A stretch of DNA of 64,000 nt from an uncultured Clostridium sp. (GTDB taxonomy: Bacteria > Bacillota_I > Bacilli_A > RF39 > UBA660), in contig CAMKPE010000006.1 of the NCBI GenBank assembly GCA_946414595.1, forward strand, positions 15,953 through 79,952, given 5' to 3'. The notes below the pieces were generated by a model, which was given only the letters and a program-made list of their open reading frames with translations, did no database searches and was not told the origin of the DNA. Positions within the stretch are counted from its first letter, which is position 1, and every line of letters begins with the position of its first letter. The position numbers and the translations under genes are program-made. This document shows, in pieces, positions 39,606 through 48,789 of the stretch.

Positions 39606-40379
39606 TTATTCAAATGGCAAAGCGAAATTCTCAACTAATCCAAAGTTTGTATATTCAATACTTACAGTGGTTGTAGTTGTTTTATTTAATGATGCATTTA
39701 CTACATTTGTTATATCAATTTCGATACCTACAATCTTGTTATTTCTTTTAATTAATTTGATGTAATTTAAGGCATCTTCATTATCTGTCTTTTTGTTGTT
39801 AGTAATTTCTTCTAAAGCCTTATTTGTTATTTGATATTTATCATCAACGAAAGTAGAATTACTTACTACATTCTCAAGTATTGTATTATCGTAATAGTTG
39901 AAATAAAAGAATGGTAATTCTGCACTTGTATATTCATTTGTTTCAACATTTAGAATTCTAATGTCTTCTAATGTTCCAACATACTTATAATTAATTCCTT
40001 CATATGTATATGTTAGTTCATATTTATCTTCAAATCTCTTACCTTTAGATAAATATTCTTTACCATCAAAGGAAAGCTTTACTGAAAACTCATAATTACT
40101 GTCATTTACAAATGCAAAATCACCGTTTGTTGGTTTTGGATTTGGTGTGTTTGTATTGGTATTTGTATTAACGTTATTTGTTGCAGTATTTGTATTTGTG
40201 TTAGTGTTAGTATTGTTATCTAAATTCTTTGTAATACCAGAAGTTCTAATTACAATGATTAAAATTAGAAAAATAACACCATAAACAGCAAGAATTGCTC
40301 TTGCTCTTTGTTTTTTATCATTTAAATCAACATTGAATTTCTTTTTATTTCCATTACTATCATATTCATTATAATCCAT
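39606..40379 (-). CDS. Membrane-anchored protein with an Asn-Thr repeat linker
   Basis: 257 aa. N-terminal TM helix AILAVYGVIFLILIIVI, then NNTNTNTNTNTATNNVNTNTNTNTPNPKP, then a globular C-domain. Confidence 0.6.
   Translation of the reverse strand: MDYNEYDSNGNKKKFNVDLNDKKQRARAILAVYGVIFLILIIVIRTSGITKNLDNNTNTNTNTNTATNNVNTNTNTNTPNPKPTNGDFAFVNDSNYEFSVKLSFDGKEYLSKGKRFEDKYELTYTYEGINYKYVGTLEDIRILNVETNEYTSAELPFFYFNYYDNTILENVVSNSTFVDDKYQITNKALEEITNNKKTDNEDALNYIKLIKRNNKIVGIEIDITNVVNASLNKTTTTTVSIEYTNFGLVENFALPFE
40130..40220 (-). repeat. Imperfect hexanucleotide (AAY-ACN) tandem repeat encoding (Asn-Thr)n
   Basis: The plus strand reads ...tttgtattggtatttgtatta...gtatttgtatttgtgttagtgttagtattg. It lies in-frame inside the 39606-40379 CDS. 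Confidence 0.6.
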
Positions 40380-40384
40380 ACTTT

Positions 40385-41326
40385 TTACTCTTTTCTAAAT
40401 ACTTTATTTAATAATTCTTCCTTATTCATTCCATTTAATAAATCTTGTACGCTTAGTTGTTTTTTTCCTTCAATCTTTAACTCTTCAACAACTACAAGAT
40501 CATCATTTGTTTTAACATAGATACCTGTTTTATCTACCATCACAATAGTACCAGGAAGTGCATCAACATTCTTTTTATCTACTCTTGTTCTATAAAATTT
40601 AACTCTTTTACCATCTAGTAATGCATATCCACCTGGAAATGGACTTAGCCCTCTTATCTTGTTGTGAACATTTACTGCAGTATCAGCAAAATCAATTATT
40701 TCATCTTCTTTTTTAATTATTTTAGCCAAGCATACTTGTGATTCATCTTGTTTAATTCTGTTATTTGTTCCATCAAGAATACTAGGAAGTGTCTTTAATA
40801 ATAAATCTCTTCCTAATACAGATAATTTATCATGTAAGTCCCCTACTGTTTCATTTTCACCAATGCTTATTTTTTCTTGAGAAATGATATCACCATCATC
40901 CATACCTGGAGCCATATACATAATAGTAATTCCAGTTTCTTTTTCACCACTGATTATAGCTCTATGAATTGGTGCTCCACCTCTATATTTTGGTAATAAT
41001 GAAGCATGCACATTTATACATTTATATTTTGGATATTCTAGTATTTCAACTGGAATAATTTGACCATAAGCACATGTTACAATGATATCTGGATTTAAAT
41101 CTAGAACACATTGATAATCAACTCTAATCTTTTCTGGTTGTAATACTTTTATATTGTTTTCAAGTGCTAATTTCTTAATTGGTGAAAACTCTATTTCCTT
41201 TTTTCTTCCTACTTCTTTATCTGGTTGTGTAACAACTCCAATTACATTACAGTTATCTATTAATCCTTGTAAAACAGGGACACTAAAATCAGGAGTTCCC
41301 ATAAATACTACATTTAAATCTTTCAT
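40385..41326 (-). CDS. fmt: Methionyl-tRNA formyltransferase
   Basis: 313 aa. Contains VFMGTPDFSVP, VVTQPDK and HASLLPKYRGGAPI. Confidence 0.95.
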   Translation of the reverse strand: MKDLNVVFMGTPDFSVPVLQGLIDNCNVIGVVTQPDKEVGRKKEIEFSPIKKLALENNIKVLQPEKIRVDYQCVLDLNPDIIVTCAYGQIIPVEILEYPKYKCINVHASLLPKYRGGAPIHRAIISGEKETGITIMYMAPGMDDGDIISQEKISIGENETVGDLHDKLSVLGRDLLLKTLPSILDGTNNRIKQDESQVCLAKIIKKEDEIIDFADTAVNVHNKIRGLSPFPGGYALLDGKRVKFYRTRVDKKNVDALPGTIVMVDKTGIYVKTNDDLVVVEELKIEGKKQLSVQDLLNGMNKEELLNKVFRKE

Positions 41327-41372
41327 AATATCACCTATAAGAATTATATAATTTTATTAATAATAAAGCAAA

Positions 41373-41407
41373 TAAAAAACTACTATTAGTTTTCCTAATA
41401 ATAGTTT
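41373..41407 (-). terminator. Terminator hairpin overlapping the stop codon of the 41406-41630 ORF
   Basis: 13-bp stem with one mismatch, AAACTACTATTAG/CTAATAATAGTTT (41377-41389 and 41395-41407), and a U-run on the minus strand. Confidence 0.55.
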
Positions 41408-41630
41408 AGTCTTTTTTAATTAAAGAGTGTATTCTATTACCTGCTTCATTGTCATCTGTTGATCCTGTTATTATATTTACTTCATCTTTTTCTTTACTAG
41501 ATGAATCATCACTACCACTAGTTACTAAAGATATTAAATATACAAATGCTAGGATTACTGCAACAGATATTAGAATAATCCAAATGATTTTATTTCGTTT
41601 TTCATACTTTTCCATATTGGAACCATTCAT
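41406..41630 (-). CDS. Small membrane protein (74 aa)
   Basis: ATG at 41630 follows AGGTGA. One TM helix, IIWIILISVAVILAFVYLISLV, and an acidic Ser-rich tail. Confidence 0.5.
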   Translation of the reverse strand: MNGSNMEKYEKRNKIIWIILISVAVILAFVYLISLVTSGSDDSSSKEKDEVNIITGSTDDNEAGNRIHSLIKKD

Positions 41631-41655
41631 AACAATCACCTATCTTCTTTAATTA

Positions 41656-41692
41656 TAATATAAAAGAAAAGAAATGTTAATTAACATTTCTT
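41656..41692 (-). terminator. Terminator hairpin overlapping the valS stop codon
   Basis: 24-nt perfect palindrome AAGAAATGTTAATTAACATTTCTT (41669-41692), with a U-rich tract after it on the minus strand. Confidence 0.6.
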
Positions 41693-44212
41693 TAATTCTT
41701 CTAATTTTTTCTTTTCTTCAGCTAATTTATTTCTATCCATTTCAACAATGTTTGCAGGTGCTTTATTAACATAGTTTTCATTAGAAAGTAGTTTTTCACG
41801 TCTTTCTATTGATTGCTCTAAAGCTTTAATTTGAGCTTCTTTTTGAGCTTTGTCTTCTTCACTTTCAGTTTTTTCAAAATAGATAGTAGCTTTTGTTCTT
41901 GCTGAAAATACTTTATATGCTTTGATTCCTAAAGGTTGTTTTACTATGTTTTCGTCAATCTTAAGCATTTTAACGATTAATTCGTTATCATCTTCAGTAT
42001 CAAACATAACTTTCATATCTTTAGTCATGTTGTTCTCTGCTTTTACATTTCTAAATGATTTAATAAATTCAACTGAATCATCAACTGCTTTTTCTTCTAA
42101 ATCAAAGATATATTTCTTGTTATATTTTGGATATTCAGCAATCATAATATCTTCTGCATCTTTTACAGGAAGCATATTATAAATCTCATCTGTAACATAT
42201 GGCATAAATGGTTGTAACATTTTAAGTATTGCAGTTAAGATATAGCAAAGTGTTGATTTAGTACTTTCTTTATCTAATGAATACTTAGCCATTTCAATAT
42301 AATAATCACAGAAATAACTCCATGTAAATTCATATATTGCTGCTCCAGCATTATTGAATTGATATTTATCCATATATTTCTTTGTATCGTGTAACATATG
42401 TTCAAACTTAGTTAAAATCCATTTATCTTCATTCTTAAGATTTTCAAGTTTTATTTCTTTTAAATCTTCAATATTTGATAAAACAAATCTTGAAGCATTC
42501 CAAATTTTATTAATATAGTTCCATGTAGATTTAATTTTTTCTTCATCAAATCTCATATCAGTTCCTGGTGCAACATCTGTAGCAAGATAATATCTTAATG
42601 CATCAGCACCATATAACTTGACCATATCAAATGGATCAATTCCATTTCCTAATGATTTAGAGAATTTTCTTCCTTGTTTATCACGAATTAATCCATGAAT
42701 TAAACAATCTTCAAAAGGTCTTTTACCTAATAATTCTTCTCCTTGGAAAGTCATTCTGTTAACCCAGAATGGAATTATATCGTATCCAGTTATTAATACG
42801 CTATTTGGATAATATCTCTTTAATAAGTCAGTATTTTCTGGCCAACCTAAAGTTGCAAATGGCCATAGAGCACTAGAGAACCAAGTATCTAAAACGTCCT
42901 CATCTTGTACCCATCCACTACCCTTAGGTGGTTTCATACCAACGTATACTTCATCACCTTTATACCAAGCAGGAATTCTATGACCCCACCATAATTGTCT
43001 TGAAATACACCAGTCATAAGTTATTTCCATCCAGTGGTTCATAATTTTCTCATATCTTGATGGTACAAAGTTAACTTTCTTATCTTTATCTTTTTGGAAT
43101 TTTAAAACTCTATCTGCAAGAGGTCTCATTTTAACAAACCATTGTTTCTTAATCATTGGTTCAACCATAACTCCAGTTCTTTCACTATGACCAACTTCAT
43201 GTACTAATGGTTCAACCTTTAATAATAGTCCATCTTTTTCTAGATCTTTTAATAATTCTTCACGACATTTTTCACGAGTCATTCCGCAGTACTTACCTGC
43301 GTTTTCATTCATTGTAGCATCATCATTAATACATACAACTCTTTCAAGATTATGACGATTTCCAACTTCAAAGTCGTTAGGATCATGAGCTGGTGTTATT
43401 TTAACTGCTCCTGTTCCTTTTGTCATATCTGCATGTTCATCAGTAATAACTGGTATTTTCTTTCCAACAACTGGAAGAATAACGTTCTTACCAACAAACT
43501 TTTTATATCTTTTATCTTTTTCATTAACTGCAACTGCTGTATCTCCAAATAATGTTTCAGGTCTTGTTGTTGCAACATCAATGTATTCTTCGCTATCTTC
43601 TAGTTTATATTTTAAGTGATAGAAAGCGCTCTTTTCTTCACTATATATAACCTCTTCATTTGAAAGTGCTGTTTGAGCAGCTGGATCCCAGTTAATAATC
43701 TTTTCTCCACGATAGATTAACCCTTTGTTGTAATAATCAACAAATACTCTTTTAACTGCTTCGCTCATTCCTTCATCAAGAGTAAATCTCTCTTTTGAAT
43801 AATCAAGAGCTACTCCTAATTTTGCCCATTGTTCTCTTATTATGCTTCCATGTTCATGTGTCCAATCCCAACAAGCTTCTAGGAACTTTTCTCTTCCATA
43901 TTCGTATTTATCAATACCTTTATCTTTTAATCTTTTAACAACTTTCGCTTCTGTTGCTATTGCAGCATGATCCATTCCTGGTAACCAGAAAGTATCATAA
44001 CCTTCCATCTTCTTATAACGAATTATAATATCTTGAATTGTAACATCCCATGCATGTCCTAAGTGTAATACACCAGTAACATTAGGTGGTGGTAATACAA
44101 TTGTAAATGGTGGCTTTTTGCTATTAACATCACAAGCAAAATAATCCTTTTTTAACCATTTCTCATATTTATTTTTTTCAACCTCTTCATGGTTGTATTT
44201 TTTATCTAACAT
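41681..44212 (-). CDS. valS: Valyl-tRNA synthetase
   Basis: 843 aa. HIGH motif PPPNVTGVLHLGHA, KMSKS motif KFSKSLGN, and a C-terminal coiled-coil. Confidence 0.97.
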   Translation of the reverse strand: MLDKKYNHEEVEKNKYEKWLKKDYFACDVNSKKPPFTIVLPPPNVTGVLHLGHAWDVTIQDIIIRYKKMEGYDTFWLPGMDHAAIATEAKVVKRLKDKGIDKYEYGREKFLEACWDWTHEHGSIIREQWAKLGVALDYSKERFTLDEGMSEAVKRVFVDYYNKGLIYRGEKIINWDPAAQTALSNEEVIYSEEKSAFYHLKYKLEDSEEYIDVATTRPETLFGDTAVAVNEKDKRYKKFVGKNVILPVVGKKIPVITDEHADMTKGTGAVKITPAHDPNDFEVGNRHNLERVVCINDDATMNENAGKYCGMTREKCREELLKDLEKDGLLLKVEPLVHEVGHSERTGVMVEPMIKKQWFVKMRPLADRVLKFQKDKDKKVNFVPSRYEKIMNHWMEITYDWCISRQLWWGHRIPAWYKGDEVYVGMKPPKGSGWVQDEDVLDTWFSSALWPFATLGWPENTDLLKRYYPNSVLITGYDIIPFWVNRMTFQGEELLGKRPFEDCLIHGLIRDKQGRKFSKSLGNGIDPFDMVKLYGADALRYYLATDVAPGTDMRFDEEKIKSTWNYINKIWNASRFVLSNIEDLKEIKLENLKNEDKWILTKFEHMLHDTKKYMDKYQFNNAGAAIYEFTWSYFCDYYIEMAKYSLDKESTKSTLCYILTAILKMLQPFMPYVTDEIYNMLPVKDAEDIMIAEYPKYNKKYIFDLEEKAVDDSVEFIKSFRNVKAENNMTKDMKVMFDTEDDNELIVKMLKIDENIVKQPLGIKAYKVFSARTKATIYFEKTESEEDKAQKEAQIKALEQSIERREKLLSNENYVNKAPANIVEMDRNKLAEEKKKLEELKKC

Positions 44213-44213
44213 T

Positions 44214-44951
44214 TTATTTCACATCCTCTATAAATTTAATATATTTATTCTTTAATTTGCTTAACTCTTCTTCACTACCTTTTATAGGAGTAACAACGTT
44301 AAGAAACTCTATAAAATTATTTGTTTTCTTTAATATTTCAAAACTTTCTTTGTAATTAACATCATATAAGAAAGCAAAGTAAGACATAATTTCATCAGAT
44401 TTTGTCTTTTTATCATGTATATCGACTGTCTCTTCTTTCTTAACACTTTCTATTACATTTTTAGAAACATCATCTTTGTTAAATTCAAATGTATATTCCT
44501 CAGCCAAGACTCGATAGATATCTGTTTTATCCATATCTCTAATCATCTTTGCAAAGAATAAACTTTCACCTTTAACTTTTTTATCTATTTCTCTTTTATT
44601 ATGATTTTTAATTGCATCATATATTACTTGATCATATTTATCATCTTTAACAAAGTCTCTTATATGTCCTTTATCAAATAGATAAACACAGCTTTCATCA
44701 GCGTGGTCGACGCCTGTTTTAGCATCTGAACAACGCGAATATAATTTTACTTGTTCAAATCTTCCAATATCATGTAGAAGTCCAATTATCTTAGCTACTT
44801 CAGTTTTTTCTTTATCAAGTTTTAATTTTTTAGCTAATTCTTCCATTAACTCTTCTACTCTAAAACAATGGCTATATTTGAATCTTATTTCTTTGACGCC
44901 TTTATCATAGTTTCTTAAATATTCTTCAAACGCTTTTTCAAATTGTTTCAT
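44214..44951 (-). CDS. HDIG-domain metal-dependent phosphohydrolase
   Basis: 245 aa. Contains IIGLLHDIGRFEQ and DHADES. It is the first gene after the Val T-box, and its stop lies 1 nt from the valS start. Confidence 0.8.
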   Translation of the reverse strand: MKQFEKAFEEYLRNYDKGVKEIRFKYSHCFRVEELMEELAKKLKLDKEKTEVAKIIGLLHDIGRFEQVKLYSRCSDAKTGVDHADESCVYLFDKGHIRDFVKDDKYDQVIYDAIKNHNKREIDKKVKGESLFFAKMIRDMDKTDIYRVLAEEYTFEFNKDDVSKNVIESVKKEETVDIHDKKTKSDEIMSYFAFLYDVNYKESFEILKKTNNFIEFLNVVTPIKGSEEELSKLKNKYIKFIEDVK

Positions 44952-45180
44952 AAAAAAACTCCTCCTTAACTATATTTAAGGACGAGTTAACCGCGGTACC
45001 ACCTTATTTCGTAGAATAATTTCTACACGCTTAATACTTTAACGCAAGTAATACGGATATCTCCTATTTACTTAGAGAATCTACTCAGTTGCTACCTTCT
45101 ATTATATTAATTATTAGTTTCCACCATCCACTAACTCTCTATAAATCTTTATAATATACTCCTCAACTTCAATGTAATTA
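44952..45180 (-). promoter_or_regulatory. T-box leader (Val specifier) controlling the HDIG gene and valS
   Basis: The minus-strand RNA has an AGAGAG bay, a GUGGAUGGUGGAAAC distal region, the specifier context GAAG-GUA-G-CAACU (GUA at 45093-45095) and the T-box AAUAAGGUGGUACCGCGG. The terminator is AACUCGUCCUUAA/UUAAGGAGGAGUU plus U7 (44952-44988). Confidence 0.85.
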
Positions 45181-45185
45181 TCAGT

Positions 45186-45214
45186 ATTATAGTTTATTTT
45201 TCTTATTTTGTAAA
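45186..45214 (-). promoter_or_regulatory. Sigma-A-type promoter of the Val T-box leader
   Basis: Minus strand: TTTACA (45209-45214), 17-nt spacer, TATAAT (45186-45191). Confidence 0.6.
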
Positions 45215-45218
45215 TATC

Positions 45219-46913
45219 TTATTGAACAGTATATGGATGATCAAATGTTCCATTACCACCAGAAATTGTTACAGTGCTCTTTAAGTTAATCACTGGTTTT
45301 ACTCCAGAATATTCTTCTATTCCTTTTGAACTAATTCCTTCTGTAGGTAATACTACTATTAATTTATCTTCCTCTTCTTCAGTAGCTTTCTTTAAGTTAT
45401 TAAGTGTCCAATACTCTTTATTTGAAGGTATTGTATACATTTCACCTAATCTTGGTATCGCTACTTTCATACTATGGATATCTGTTGTTTGACACGCTGT
45501 TGTTTGTGGTGTTGATTTATCCATTGCATTACGACAGAAGTCTCCACTTTCTAGTTTATCTGCTATAGGAACTGCCCATGTATTATTTAGGTAATCTCCT
45601 ATATATGTATCATCTGAATATACTTTGTTGAAGTAGTGGAATTGTAAGTCAGTTATATTTAATGTATCTACTGCAACTAAACGAGTATATTTACTTGTTT
45701 TTGAAGATATTCTAAATTTCATTCCATTAATTGATACATATTCTCCTGGGAATCTAGTATTTAAATTAGCTCCAATATTTCCTGCATTATCTCCTAGAAG
45801 TTTATATGGATTTGATTGAGTTCCTTGACCACCTGAAATTATTGATACGCTTGGCCTTAATACTATTGAAGGTCTTACTCCATAGTATTCATTAACTACT
45901 CCGCTCTTTGCTGTGTTATCTCTTCCTACATACCAAACACTACTATTATCTTTATTAGATAATAACCAATAAGTTTTTCCTGTATTTAAGAATCCACCAA
46001 TCTTACTATATTCGTATAAATTCAACATACCAACTTTTGAAGTTGATTTTTTATCTCCTGTTGGTGCTGCATTTCCATTGCTTACTTGTGAATAATTCCA
46101 TTCAGTATCTAATATATATCTATTTGGATTATTTAATGTACCTAAGAATATATTATTTAACCAAACATTAACATTACTTGAATGATAATCATTAGATACT
46201 GCATCATATGTTACTATTGATTGAATATCATCAGTTACCAGTTTAACTGTTCTATCATTAGTGTTGAATCCTACAATTCTCCACATCTTACCTGAATACC
46301 ATACATAGTTATTTGTTGATGTTCCAGAAACAATGTAATTATTACCTGATGATGTAACTGTAGTTAACTTAGTTGTACTTGCTGGATCAGATATTGCTTT
46401 TATTAAAGAGTTTGATACTTCTGCAACATACTTGTTACAAGCACCCTCTTTTTCTATTAATTTTGTGTAATATACTTTCTTAGAATTTTTCTTCTTACAA
46501 ATCATACTAAATTGAGTACTTATTACACCATTTTTATTTTCTATTCTTATGTTAACATATTTAGAAGGATCAATATCTACTTGTGATAATTCATCTGCTG
46601 AGAAATCACCTGGAGATTTACATTCTACATTACTATCATTTTCAAATTCTTTGACATAGTTTTCTTGTACTAATTGTGAAATAGTTGCATCATCAACACA
46701 ACCAGAAACACCTACACCACCTATGTCATCTTTTCTTGTTCTAGAATACATTTCGACGGCTTTTTCTACAACACCATAATATGTTTCATATTCTTTTTCT
46801 TCATTATCACGCATTAATCTTGAAGTTGCTGGGAATACAATCAAAAGTATTAATCCCATCATTACGACTACCGCAATTAATTCAATTAAAGTAAATCCTT
46901 TATCTTTCTTCAT
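45219..46913 (-). CDS. Type IV pilin-like (prepilin N-terminus) protein with two large repeated beta-rich modules
   Basis: Start set at MKKDKG|FTLIELIAVVVMMGLILLIVFP (ATG at 46913, AGGTGA RBS), the class III signal/N-methylation motif. Two modules end GVRPSIVLRPSVSIISGGQGTQSNPYKL and GVKPVINLKSTVTISGGNGTFDHPYTV. Confidence 0.75.
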   Translation of the reverse strand: MKKDKGFTLIELIAVVVMMGLILLIVFPATSRLMRDNEEKEYETYYGVVEKAVEMYSRTRKDDIGGVGVSGCVDDATISQLVQENYVKEFENDSNVECKSPGDFSADELSQVDIDPSKYVNIRIENKNGVISTQFSMICKKKNSKKVYYTKLIEKEGACNKYVAEVSNSLIKAISDPASTTKLTTVTSSGNNYIVSGTSTNNYVWYSGKMWRIVGFNTNDRTVKLVTDDIQSIVTYDAVSNDYHSSNVNVWLNNIFLGTLNNPNRYILDTEWNYSQVSNGNAAPTGDKKSTSKVGMLNLYEYSKIGGFLNTGKTYWLLSNKDNSSVWYVGRDNTAKSGVVNEYYGVRPSIVLRPSVSIISGGQGTQSNPYKLLGDNAGNIGANLNTRFPGEYVSINGMKFRISSKTSKYTRLVAVDTLNITDLQFHYFNKVYSDDTYIGDYLNNTWAVPIADKLESGDFCRNAMDKSTPQTTACQTTDIHSMKVAIPRLGEMYTIPSNKEYWTLNNLKKATEEEEDKLIVVLPTEGISSKGIEEYSGVKPVINLKSTVTISGGNGTFDHPYTVQ

Positions 46914-47017
46914 GTTTTCATCACCTATCATATATTAAAATTATATCATAAATTATTATATATATCTTATTTTTTTATATCTTGATGTAAAGTGAAACAT
47001 ATAATATTTTAGGTGAT

Positions 47018-47239
47018 ATGATGTTTAAACCTTTGAAGCACAATTTCTTTTGTCGTTGTAGTTTCTGCAAAACAAAAAGAAAACATAATTTACTCTATTT
47101 GTTTCTACTACTTTTTCTAATTGTTGTAATCTTTTATCAAGCATTTATTTTAATATTTGTAACAACAAGAATAAATGCTATTATTCTTTTCCTCGAATTA
47201 ATAGCATTCGTATATTTAATCTTTCATATAGTTTTTTAA
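47018..47239 (+). CDS. Possible small membrane protein (73 aa)
   Basis: AGGTGA RBS directly upstream. N-terminal CRCSFC, then two hydrophobic helices. Convergent with the ysxE-like gene, overlapping it by 24 nt. Uncertain. Confidence 0.4.
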   Translation: MMFKPLKHNFFCRCSFCKTKRKHNLLYLFLLLFLIVVIFYQAFILIFVTTRINAIILFLELIAFVYLIFHIVF

Positions 47240-48085
47240 GAAATTATTTATTTTATTTAAATAATCTATTTTCTTTCTAATCTCTATGGTATTGATATAA
47301 TCATTTTCTATTAGATTAACTTTATCAATTAATAATAATCTTGTTGCCAAAAGAAACACTTCTTCATCAAGTAATGGATACTTAGATATATAAATATTAA
47401 AGATATCTATCATATCTATTTCTTGATAGTTTTCTTTAAATAAACTTTCTATATCGTATACAGGACTATCTTTTTTGTATTTATACCAATTAATTAAATA
47501 TGGATTATCGCATGATAAGAAGTTAGATGCTTTTAAATAGTTATGATTAACTACTTTTCTTATTCTTTTTTTATCCTTAATAATTTCATACCATTTATCT
47601 AAATAATATTTACTTTTATCTAACGATATAAGTATTAAAGATATATTTCTAATTAGTAAAAACATACTTGGATGTGGAAACAATAAAGTTACATTGGAAT
47701 CAAACAAGTCTTCATAATACTTTTTAGTTTCAATTATCTTATCAGTTAATTTTTCATATTGATCTTTAATCTCATCAAGTGTAATATTTGAATAAAATGT
47801 TGTTTTAGAATGAAGCATTATAAGTACATACGTTAATTCAGTTAGTATTTCATTACTGCTTTTTTCTATCTTTTCAACATACTTTGTTATTTCATAATCA
47901 TCAATTAGATTAATATCTACAAAGTTTAAAAAATCTTTAGTTCTTAAATATTTAAATAAATCTATTACGCTTTTATTTTTATTTTTTTTAATACAGTATT
48001 TACTATCTTCTGTACTTATTATTGTTAGGTTATCAATCTTCTCTATTTTCTTAATTTTCTCATTATTAAAGAACTTATTCATCAC
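47216..48085 (-). CDS. ysxE: CotS/YsxE-like kinase-fold spore-coat protein (catalytic motif degenerate)
   Basis: 289 aa. VVNHNYLKASNFL...LINWYKYKKDSPVYDIESLF aligns to the HGDxxxxN...DxD...YDL pattern of CotS-family proteins. It follows the SpoVID-like gene, as in Bacillus. Confidence 0.55.
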   Translation of the reverse strand: MMNKFFNNEKIKKIEKIDNLTIISTEDSKYCIKKNKNKSVIDLFKYLRTKDFLNFVDINLIDDYEITKYVEKIEKSSNEILTELTYVLIMLHSKTTFYSNITLDEIKDQYEKLTDKIIETKKYYEDLFDSNVTLLFPHPSMFLLIRNISLILISLDKSKYYLDKWYEIIKDKKRIRKVVNHNYLKASNFLSCDNPYLINWYKYKKDSPVYDIESLFKENYQEIDMIDIFNIYISKYPLLDEEVFLLATRLLLIDKVNLIENDYINTIEIRKKIDYLNKINNFLKNYMKD

Positions 48086-48731
48086 AAGTATTAGGTATTA
48101 TTAATTTTGATCCAGTATGAATATCATTTAATTCATTATATTCTTCTAGTAATTCTTTAGATATATTGTATCTATTTAATACATCATCTAAAGTATCATT
48201 TTCTCTTACAATATATACTCGATATGTTTTATAAGTCTCTTTTGATTTATCAAGATTAGAAAATAAAGAGTCATTGTTATCTATAGGTTCAGTATTCTTC
48301 TCTTGTTCTTTCTTATCCTCATTTATTACTAATTCTTCAGAATCATCCATTTCAAGAAATAAATCATCAAGAGTTTCTAATTCTTCTTTTTCTTCTTTTT
48401 TTGGTTCATTAAGTTTTAAATTATCAAGTAAGATATCAACATTAATATTTAATTTATTATCATTAATATCATAAGTGAAATCATCTATATCAATTTTAAT
48501 ATCATCAAGATTGTATTTTTCATCTATTTCAATATCTACAGGTATTTTATAAGAAAAAGGATTATCTATTTGACTTGCTTCAGTCTGTTTATATGTACCT
48601 GTTACAATTAAATCTCCTCCAATAGAGTTTTCCCCATTAGTCATTAAAGTATGTTCTAAAGATATTGATGTGATATTACTTATCATTGTTTTAAATTCTA
48701 TTTCTTTTTTAAAAGATACTATTTCGTTCAT
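48075..48731 (-). CDS. spoVID: SpoVID-like spore-coat morphogenetic protein (N-terminal SpoVID-type domain, acidic linker, C-terminal LysM)
   Basis: Start set at MNEIVSFKKEIEF (ATG at 48731). The LysM domain is YRVYIVRENDTLDDVLNRYNISKELLEEYNELNDIHTGSKLIIP. The track start at 48803 would overlap trmK. Confidence 0.6.
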   Translation of the reverse strand: MNEIVSFKKEIEFKTMISNITSISLEHTLMTNGENSIGGDLIVTGTYKQTEASQIDNPFSYKIPVDIEIDEKYNLDDIKIDIDDFTYDINDNKLNINVDILLDNLKLNEPKKEEKEELETLDDLFLEMDDSEELVINEDKKEQEKNTEPIDNNDSLFSNLDKSKETYKTYRVYIVRENDTLDDVLNRYNISKELLEEYNELNDIHTGSKLIIPNTCDE

Positions 48732-48789
48732 ATAATCATTCCCTTCAGTTAGAATATATGCATAAATAATCTTTTTATAACAAAAAATA

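Noticed and set aside
40130-40220. Whether the short tandem repeats are a CRISPR-like or intergenic repeat array.
   Set aside because: They are hexanucleotide coding repeats in-frame within a CDS. There is no spacer/repeat organisation.
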